Positions 48,625 through 58,286 of a stretch of DNA of 58,286 nt are shown here, in pieces; the stretch's first letter is position 1, and the number at the start of each line of letters is the position of its first letter. This DNA is from Aplysia californica (lineage: Eukaryota). The position numbers and the translations under genes are program-made. The stretch spans positions 62,001 to 120,286 of the forward strand of contig NW_004797541.1 in NCBI RefSeq assembly GCF_000002075.1, in the 5' to 3' direction. The notes under the pieces are model-generated. The model was not told where the DNA came from, made no database searches, and was given only the letters and a program-made list of their open reading frames with translations.

Positions 48625-51600
48625 GTAGTAAATTTCGCTTGATCCTGTATGTATTGATCCATTGAAGACAGAGTGGAGACAAGACAAAGACGTACAGACA
48701 CTGCAGCGTCCTCGGTATAATCCATATATATTGCTTTGAATATCCTGAAGACATTTACCCCTGAATCCTCGTCAAGTGACTCATATTGTGTGTGGCTCTG
48801 AGAAAACCCTTCACAAGGTGCAAAATTTCAAAATGAACTTTTTTACATATTTTAAAAGACACATCTTTTCCGAGCATTTTGCACTTTATTTGAAAGCAAT
48901 TGGAGCATACTGTGAAAAGTTATGGCATTTTAAAGCGAACAGGGGTTCGAGTGTCAAATTTTGAGAAAACAGGTTTTAAAGTTTTGCTTACTTTGGGAAC
49001 ACATTTTCCAAGATGACAATGCATAGAAGCAAATAATGCTGATACCACAGCATAGAGGTGCCATTTGTGGACAGTTTGCTTTTTATTTTAGTGAAATACC
49101 TCTCTTCTACGTGAAGTTATGACTGTTTTTATGTTACAACAGTAAATCATTGAATTATGTAAAAACGCGTAAAAAAAGTATGCTCCTCTCGTGTCATACC
49201 AGCAAAAGACAAACGCAGGTCGTCAAAAGCAGTTGATTCGAACTGGCTGTTGCAAGGCAGGCCATCATTGAGCTTGCAGAAGCACTTCAGGCCCTTCAAC
49301 TTTGCAAAGCTGTCTGCTCCACACCCTTACCTTCTGGCACCACAAAGGCTGTCACTGTCCCGTTCTCTATGAAGGTCACCCTTAAGGCATCATCCTCGTC
49401 TGTAGATATACAGAAATTAAAAGAGAGTGATTTAAAGGTGTGCAGCTTGCATAATGAAATTTATAGTGTTGTACACCACTGTATTTAAATGACCACTATT
49501 AGTTCAAACAAACCAGTGATTAATGATCACCAATTGAGAATAATTTGCTCCGTGATCTCTTTACAGTTGACAGGTTGCAACAAGAAGCCAGAATTTTTGT
49601 CCATCATTCTGTCACCTCTTGTTTTCGTTTTGCATCGCTGTATTTTTATATGGACCTACTCAGTTTAAGAAATTCACTTTCATGTGACGACAAGTTTGTG
49701 ACAGATCATCACTGCGATAGTGCAGCATCTCTCTTTTCTTGGTTCTTTTCAAGTCAAATAATTAAAGAGTATGTATTCAGAATAGATATATGAGCTTTTG
49801 CCAAAAGGTGGGGGTGTTTGCATGAGGACTTTTTAAATCAACCACTACTCGTGGTAAAATATGTTTTCTTCTGAAAGCTTTATAAAATGCATATATATAT
49901 GGCAAGGAAATAAGTTGGTCAAATGCATGAGCAAGTAGATTGATGTGTGCATCTTATAGACTTATATCTCTTCATAGAAAGATAATAGTACAAAAAATAG
50001 GGCATTTTTTTACTCATCCTGAGTGCACACGTAATTGTATGTTAAATACAGAATATTGTTAATCCTAAACTATCAAACAGTAGAGCATTCAAACATTGAA
50101 AATAGTTTTTATACACCATCATAGCAGCGTGTGTCCATTAAAAGGGTTTTATGTTTTTATATTAATGATGTTATTGCTGAGTAAAATTTATTTATTATAT
50201 AAGTTCTTTCATAACTCGTGTCATAATTACATCATCAGACTTTCCAAGGTCTAGAAAACCCTAATCGTTAAACATATCATCCCGGGGAATGTCCGGTATT
50301 AAACATTGGTTTGACATTGATCCATCAGAAGGGTAATTTTCCGCTCCATCGCATGGTTTTGCTTAAATATGACTTTGATTGAGATAATCCAGGTTTGTCA
50401 TATTATAATGATGTTATGAACAAACACTTTATGATATTTCTGCAAAATATCATGTGAGGGACTTCCCACTGTTTCACAACATCCTTTTACATGGTGGAAT
50501 GAACATGATGGAAGAGTAGCGTGCTGATGACTCAAAAGAGAAGCGAAGAAGAGGCAAAAGTATGCTTGTCATAATGGATTGTCATCATGTTATGAACATG
50601 ACATTGTGTCATAATGGTTATGAACGAAACCTTATATATGTCCATGTAATTTACAGTTGTTTTGGGATGTATTTTTAATTTTAACCCAACTTGAGGATGT
50701 ATTAGACCTTGCTTACATTCTGATATTTTGATTTTTATCATAAGTGTATGGGTATGTATTTTAATCAGTATTTTTCTTTTGTAGTAATTGTTATGAACGA
50801 ACTACATATTGTACTCTGAGGGCTTTCCAGAGTTGATAAACATTAAAAACATGTACACAGATACATATTATGAGGAAACTTTCATTTAATATAAAATTCT
50901 AAAGTAAATGACAGGTCAAAATATTAATTTTTAGGTCAAAACTGAAGTTTGTCATAAACCGACCATCGGCGCGATGATGGATACCGACTTACCATCGGTT
51001 TCCGATGACAACCCACCATCGGCGCGATGATGGATACCGACTTACCATCGGTTTCCGATGACAACCCACCATCGGCGCGATGATGGATACCGACTTACCA
51101 TCGGTTTCCGATGACAACCCACCATCGGCCTGATGATGGATACCGACTTACCATCGGTTACGGATGACAACCCACCATCGGCACGATGATGGATACCGAC
51201 TTACCATCGGTTACGGATGATAACCCACCATCGGCACGATGATGGATACCGACTTACCATCGGTTTCCGATGACAGCCCACCATCGGCCTGATGATGGAT
51301 ACCGACTTACCATCGGTTACGGATGACAAACCACCATCGGCATGATGATGGATACCGACTTACCATCGGTTTCCGATGACAACCCACCATCGGCGCGATG
51401 ATGGATACCGACTTACCATCGGTTACGGATGACAACCCACCATAGGCGCGATGATGGATACCGACTTACCATCGGTTACCGATGACAATCCACCATCGGC
51501 ACGATGATGGATACCGACTTACCATCGGAAACCGATGACAACCCACCATCGGCGCGATGATGGATACCGACTTACCATCGGTTTCCGATGACAACCCACC

Positions 51601-54600
51601 ATCGGCACGATGAAGGATATCGACACACCATCGGTTTCCGATGACAACCCACCATCGGCACGATGAAGGATATCGACACACCATCGGAAACCGACTACAA
51701 CCCACCATCAGGACGATGTCGGGTTCCCACACACTATCGGAAACATATGATCACCCAACATCAGAACGATGTAGGATAAATGTGTCTTTCCGATGGTCAA
51801 CCGATAGCACCGCTGTCACACCATAGCCTTTACTTTGTCCATGCTCCCATCCCTATTTTATCTTAGTCGTTTGATCATAAAAATAATTCCCTCAATCAAA
51901 AGTTGAATCCATGTCTCTAATTCAAGATGTTCTTATAAAATCAACACCAAGGTGTATATCTATATATATATATATGTTAGTACAATTTCCCCAAACCTAG
52001 ACCATGAGTCCATTAACAGTAAGACATGAGACTGCAGCCGTGGGTAAACAAGCTCAGCTGTGTGGGGGTTTAGTTTTGGTACAGAGGTTTTACAGCGCTC
52101 GCAACTGCATAAGGTCATATGAGCGCCAGAAGTCGTGTGTGGCTCTGAGAAAACCCTTCACAAGGTGCAAAATTTCAAAATGAGCTTTTTTGCATATTTT
52201 AAAAGACACGTCTTTTCCGAGCATTTTGCACTTTATTTGAAAGCAATTGGAGCATTCTGTGAAAAGTTGTGGCATTTTAAAACGAACAGGGGTTCGAGTG
52301 TCAAATTTTGAGAAAACAGGTTTTAAAGTTTTGCTTACTTTGGGAACACATTTTCCAAGATGACAATGCATAGAAGCAAATAATGCTGATACCACAGCAT
52401 AGAGGTGCCATTTGTGGACAGTTTGCTTTTTATTTTAGTGAAATACCTCTCTTCTATGTGAAGTTATGACTGTTTCAATGTTACAACAGTAAATCATTGA
52501 ATTATGTAAAAACGCGTCAAAAAAATATTATGCTCCTCTCGTGTCATACCAGCAAAAGACAAACGCAGGTCGTCAAAAGCAGTTGATTCGAACTGGCTGT
52601 TGCAAGGCAGGCCATCATTGAGCTAGCAGAAGCACTTCAGGCCCTTCAACTTCGCAAAGCTGTCTGCTCCACACCCTTACCTTCTGGCACCACAAAGGCT
52701 GTCACTGTCCCGTTCTCTATGAAGGTCACCCCTAAGGCATCATCCTCGTCTGTAGATACAGAAATTAAAAGAGAGCGATTTAAAGGTGTGCAGCTTGCAT
52801 AATGAAATTTATAGTGTTGTACACCACTGTATTTAAATGACCACTATTAGTTCAAACAAACCAGTGATTAATGATCACCAATTGAGAATAATTTGCTCCG
52901 TGATCCCTTTACAGTTGACAGGTTGCAACAAGAAGCCAGAATTTTTGTCCATCATTCTGTCACCTCTTGTTTTCGTTTTGCATCGCTGTAATTTTATATG
53001 GACCTACTCAGTATAAGAAATTCACTTTCATGTGACGACAAGTTTGTGACAGATCATCACTGCGATAGTGCTGCATCTCTCTTTTCTTGGTTCTTTTCAA
53101 GTCAAATAATTAAAGAGTATGTATTCAGAATAGATATATTTCTTCTTTGTAAAGGAATTTTAAAATTTAAAGCAAGAGTCAGCATCACACTGAACTATAA
53201 TGCTATAATATTTAACTTAATTAAGAGGCATCATCTTCAACAATACAAGTTAGTGTGGTGCAGCATCTCTCATGGTTCTTTTCAAGTCGAATAATTAAAG
53301 CTAAAAAGTATGTAAGATCGATTATTTTCTGCTTTGTAAATGAATCAAGAAATTTAAAGCAGGTGTTAGCATCAATATAAATTGTAGTAGTAGTAGCCCT
53401 AGTCTATTATTCAATTCCATTGAGAGAGGCATTACCTTCAGCAATACTGGACTGGTCAGCATCACTTTGTTGTTGTAGAGCACAGCAGTCAGAGACTCTG
53501 GATCTGCTTCACTGGGAGCATGGGAGGGGGGCTGCGAAGGTCCTGGGCCAGCAATTGCACCTAAGAGATCAATGAAAATAGTATGTACAATGAAATAAAA
53601 CTGAAGAGATCAACAAGAATTTATCTGTGTAGTGTGCACTGGATCATCTCCACGCGTCTAGAAAAATACTGTTTACAGAGATACACAACTGGCCCTGGAT
53701 TTATTTAGTCTTAGATCTAGGCACAGTCAACAATGTGTCTGGTGACTTGGTGTATAAAGTTTAAAACAACACACTATAATGTCATCTAGATCTCAACACA
53801 CACTGCAGTGAGACTTGCTTCATCATACAGATAGGTAGGCCTAAGCGACAGGGGTCTTAACAACAGCTGCAGGCTCGAGTAACTTCCATCAAGAGTCTTA
53901 AGTTAAGTGTCATAGGAGTCCAGATCTAGAAGAGTAATAAGTCTAGATCTAGTCAAGTGTCTAGTTAGTCTAGTCTAGTACAATCTTGATCTATGTCTAT
54001 AATAACGTTGACAGACTTGGTCTCGTTCCAAGAGTTAAGCTACCGTAGATCTAGTCGATCTAGATCTAGATCTAAATCTAGCTCCTCCAATTCTAATACA
54101 CTGCTAGAGGTAGGATAGAATCTAGAAGAATACGCAGTTCTTTAATCTAGCTGATAATTATAAGTTATAAGGACTAGTATAGAAGCTGGGACTGCGGTTA
54201 TGGTAAACCTTGCTTACCTTCTGATGATGTTATGCCAATTGTTTGAACAGGAACCAGGACTTCTTCTTCATGAAGTTCCAGATTCCAGATCATGGTCATG
54301 AGCAGGGGGGTGTGGGTGTGTGTGGGTGTGTCACGGCCACGGTCGTCGTCGTAATTGGTTCATCATGTGTCTCCTCCTCCAAACTAGAATCTACTGTCTT
54401 CACAATCAATAGGTCTTGCATTGAAATAATCAATAATCAGTTCATCCAATTCATTTTCGTCTGTGATTTGTCTCATTCCAATCCGACTGAGATCGTTCCA
54501 CATCGATGAAATACGCCACTCAGCTGATCGGTCCGCCATCTTAAACTAATTAAATTATGTAAACAAAAGCGCTCGACCACTTGGAAACAGAAAACAATCA

Positions 54601-56203
54601 GTTTACTTACAGTAAACTCGAAAAAAAAACACTTGGTAGAGCAGAACAAAGAACTTAAAGTCAATAACGAACAGTTCATATTTGGTTTGAAAGGCAGGAA
54701 ATGGTACATTAGATGTTAAACTGCATTCATGACAAATACTATTTCAAAAGTGAAACTACAACATGCGCAATTCACAGAACTATTTGTATGTTCACACATT
54801 CATGCGCACTGGGTTTTCCCGAAACGGCAATAAAATTCTCTTTCTTTTGGTATATAACTTGGAGGAACTATTAATTAATTATAGTTACTCCAAGGTATAT
54901 AATATGTGAGGGTTCCCGTGGAAAGAAGTGTCTATCCGATTGAGTAAATATTCCCCCTGTTTGTCTAAGAATTCAGCGTAATACGGCGACGATATGTCCT
55001 CAAAAATAATTATTTTTAAATATTTTCAATCACTTTTGAGCAAATTTCTTAAAACATATGATGTAGAAATGGTCTATCTTTCTGAATTTCATATAATTTC
55101 GTTTTCGATAAAAAAAAAAAAAGAAGTTCAGGGCCTATTTTAGCAATATCTCAGTCAATAGCTTCTCACACCTTCCGACGGGTTTTCTCAGAGCCGCTCA
55201 CTCGCTGATTCAAGCATAGATTTGGTGTTTGCTTTGCACCTTGGTTAAAGTGTTGAAAAAGTTGTAATACCTCTATTAAAACCAAACCAAACCAAACCAA
55301 ACCAAACCAAACCAAACATAGGTCTACATTTTCATTCTTCATTCGTCCACAGACCATGTAGAGTCAAAGACATTTGAAGAATCGGACACCCCGATCTACA
55401 CAACCGTTGACGATATTCTCTCTTGGAAAAAGAAATCCCAAGATGGTTCTGTTGATGAAGTTTCTGGAAACGAGGAATGCTGTGCTAATGGCGATAATGA
55501 ATTTGTTACACCAGAGAGCGATCATCACGATAGCGTTTACAACACCAGTCGCCTTCTTCATGAAATTTTACAAGAAACGCCGGATCCCAAGGGGTACGAC
55601 TCACAAGCTCTCCCGTCAACTCCGACAGTCGATTCAGATACAACACACAGAGGAGTTGTGGAATTTTGTGATCTGCACTCTGAATCAAGTACTCTGCAGT
55701 CGTCATCTAGTCTTACCTTCAAACAGGGCGACTCAAACCTATTGCAAACTTCTCCAAAAAAGAAGAGGAATCTGAAGAAAAAAAGACCAGTGAGCCTCAG
55801 TGAACAAAGACAGAAACATGATGTTATTCCGAAAGCTGAGCCACGCAACGCAGATTCTGGAGAGAAGACTACACCGTTACATTCAACGAGGATTGATAAT
55901 TTAGGACATGCAGTTACGGAGACAACAGATACACGCCTAGGCAAAAGCGTTTCACAAATAGACTGCTCTGATATAAATAAGACCGAAACGTTAGCTGAAA
56001 ATGCTCGCAAGTTTTCGTATACTTTTGTGAACAATCAAACCGGGAGTAAAACAAACACAGAGGAGAATGCTGACGTCACAACTTTGCTGTGCAACAGAAT
56101 GCAGAGTGGGGTGAAGGACGAGGCGAATAAGCAGCTTCGACATAAAATTAACCGAAGGTTTGTAGTAGACAAAAACGATTTAAAGGCTACAGCAAGATGC
56201 TGA
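47183..56203 (+). CDS. Putative two-exon orphan gene (~448 aa, no recognisable domain)
   Basis: Exon A 47159/47183-47678 (ccag| acceptor, acaATGG, GAA G|gtaaa phase 1) and exon B 55353-56203 (ccacag|AC CAT phase 1, 851 nt open to TGA); joined length 1347 nt is a multiple of 3. Upstream exons are possible. Confidence 0.6.
48788..49789. mobile_element. One-ended 1-kb duplicate of the left end of the element at 52135-55201
   Basis: Near-identical to 52135-53138; starts with the same GTGTGTGGCTCTGAGAAAACCC terminus. Confidence 0.85.
50962..51715. repeat. 53-bp minisatellite, about 14 copies, two hairpins per unit
   Basis: Unit ACCATCGGCGCGATGATGGATACCGACTTACCATCGGTTTCCGATGACAACCC; starts at 50962, 51015, 51068, 51121 and onward. 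Confidence 0.95.
52135..55201 (-). mobile_element. TIR DNA transposon (Sola-like, tentative), internally deleted, with spliced N-terminal coding remnants
   Basis: TIR GTGTGTGGCTCTGAGAAAACCC / GGGTTTTCTCAGAGCCGCTCAC; minus-strand pseudo-exons at ~54505-54219, ~53561-53436 and ~52750-52530, the last reading LKCFC*LNDGLPCNSQF...DLRL...MTREE. Confidence 0.6.
55278..55317. repeat. (AAACC)n pentanucleotide repeat
   Basis: Seen directly. Confidence 0.9.
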
Positions 56204-56520
56204 TTTCAAACTGTTTTTGCGAAAGGCTATTTCATTCACTGACAGCATTTCCATCTCCAAACCCCTTTATGCCCTTCAAAGCCACCCAGCTGTCTGTCCC
56301 CTGTCTGTCCCCTGTCTCACCGAGATTATAATAATAATTATTACACGTTTGAACACAGGGTAAGTAAACTGATATAATATAAGCGCAGCTGCCCATATTA
56401 TGGGCTCTTTGCGCACCGAATGCTTTTCGACCATACCACGTGACAAGATGACAAGGACCACTTAATTTAAGGTAAACTCAGCCCCAACAAGAAAAATACA
56501 AAAAAATTGACTTTACCTTT

Positions 56521-56552
<32 letters not shown>

Positions 56553-58228
56553 NNNNNNNNNNNNNNNNNNNNNNNNNNNNNNNNNNNNNNNNNNNNNNNN
56601 NNNNNNNNNNNNNNNNNNNNNNNNNNNNNNNNNNNNNNNNNNNNNNNNNNNNNNNNNNNNNNNNNNNNNNNNNNNNNNNNNNNNNNNNNNNNNNNNNNNN
56701 NNNNNNNNNNNNNNNNNNNNNNNNNNNNNNNNNNNNNNNNNNNNNNNNNNNNNNNNNNNNNNNNNNNNNNNNNNNNNNNNNNNNNNNNNNNNNNNNNNNN
56801 NNNNNNNNNNNNNNNNNNNNNNNNNNNNNNNNNNNNNNNNNNNNNNNNNNNNNNNNNNNNNNNNNNNNNNNNNNNNNNNNNNNNNNNNNNNNNNNNNNNN
56901 NNNNNNNNNNNNNNNNNNNNNNNNNNNNNNNNNNNNNNNNNNNNNNNNNNNNNNNNNNNNNNNNNGGGGTCGTTTGCCTCTAATTTTGCATAGATTGTTG
57001 TAGATCTATCTCACGTTCTCTTTCGTGAGAGCTGGGTTATTATTTTTTTTCAACGTCTTTTCTTAAATAATACTCACTTTTGTCTTTCTGACATCATGTT
57101 TGTCGACCTTGCTTTCACCGATAACGGATGCACATTGTACAAAACTTACTTCTCGTTCCAGCCCTTCGTGCTACGACGCTAAGCTTGAGAAGTCGAGCGT
57201 TTACCTCCACTCTAAAAACCGCACGTTCACGCGCGCCAGTCAGTACATGGAGGGAAATCAACGGGGCCTCAGCAAGCTGAACTTACACTACTCGCAGACG
57301 AACACTGCTCACAACGACCGACTTATCTTCACTCATCTGTTGAAAAATGCCCACGTCCATAACGCCGTGATTGGAGAGAACGTCTACAAGATGGAGCGCC
57401 GGCTGTACGCCCGCCGACGAGACCCTGTCCGGAGCACCACTTTCTACGACCAGTTCCTACCTCCTCCATCTACTACTAGACCTAGTACTGTAAAGCCGAA
57501 AAGCGCCCCAACTATTGCAGGCGATCGACCAAGCAAAGGTTTACGTAGTCGGACGTATTCTGCACCGCCTCGTAGAACTGCAAGAACCGTGGCAGGTGGG
57601 TTTTATTTATTTTGTAAAAAAATAAATGATATTGTAAATGTTTTACGCTCCCGTGGAAGCAATTATTCTTAAATCATTCAGGAGGCAGGCTGCTTCGATC
57701 CTGTCTGCCAGGGCCAACCCCAGCTGGGTGGCATACAATATCTCAGCAGAAAAACGGAGATACTCAACACATACATATATGCACACAGAGAATAGATAAA
57801 TAAATACACATACTATTACTTAAAATATACATAGAGTACGAAAATCTCTTATGTCTCCTGCGTGCAGTGCGACGGCGAAGATGAAGATTTTAACCACGAC
57901 ATCGTAAACTATTTCTGTGGGAGGTGGCATGATAAGGGCCTCATTAAATTTTCATAAGAAACAGTGATGTTGAGTAATCCTATTGTACACGTAGCTAATA
58001 ATGATGGCACATAACTTGGCAAATACATTTATCTTTCAACTTAAGTCTTTTAAGCACTCTTTTTATCATAACATTGGTTACGACATACATGTATCTTTTT
58101 AGAAACGTAGTTCTTCACATAGAGGGCCATCTCTAAAATAAATACGTGTATGTGGATATGGAAATCCTTTCTGCAACACCGATCTGGAAAAGGATTTTTT
58201 AAAATTGGGCAGCACACACTGTAGTTTA

Positions 58229-58252
58229 GTGTGTGTGCGTGTGTGTGTGTGT

Positions 58253-58286
<34 letters not shown>
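58229..58286. repeat. (GT)n microsatellite at the window end
   Basis: Seen directly. Confidence 0.95.

Noticed and set aside
50962-51715. CRISPR-like array of palindromic repeats
   Set aside because: Units are head-to-tail with no unique spacers, there are no cas genes, and the context is eukaryotic; it is a minisatellite.

Overview
Animal (probably gastropod mollusc; inferred from repeat content, not proven) draft-assembly window with N gaps. It is not prokaryotic, and most entries in the six-frame ORF track are spurious. Two conserved intron-containing genes lie head-to-head: the 5' part of BBS1 (- strand; five clear exons 239-3556 plus a candidate ATG micro-exon at 12453-12472) and a complete 16-coding-exon MUS81 (+ strand, 14601-30027, about 1005 aa, with an unusually large acidic/Ser-rich linker exon). 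A probable two-exon orphan gene lies at 47183-56203 (+). The rest is a dense transposon landscape: a decayed RAG1-like (N-RAG-TP/Chapaev-type) transposase in the presumed BBS1 intron 1, piggyBac, hAT, Tc1, pogo/Tigger, a Sola-like element, RTE and L2/CR1 fragments, tRNA-derived SINEs, a MITE family with 6-bp target-site duplications, a 53-bp double-hairpin minisatellite, and a 1.2-kb duplication that is probably an assembly artefact. All calls were made by eye; no searches were run.
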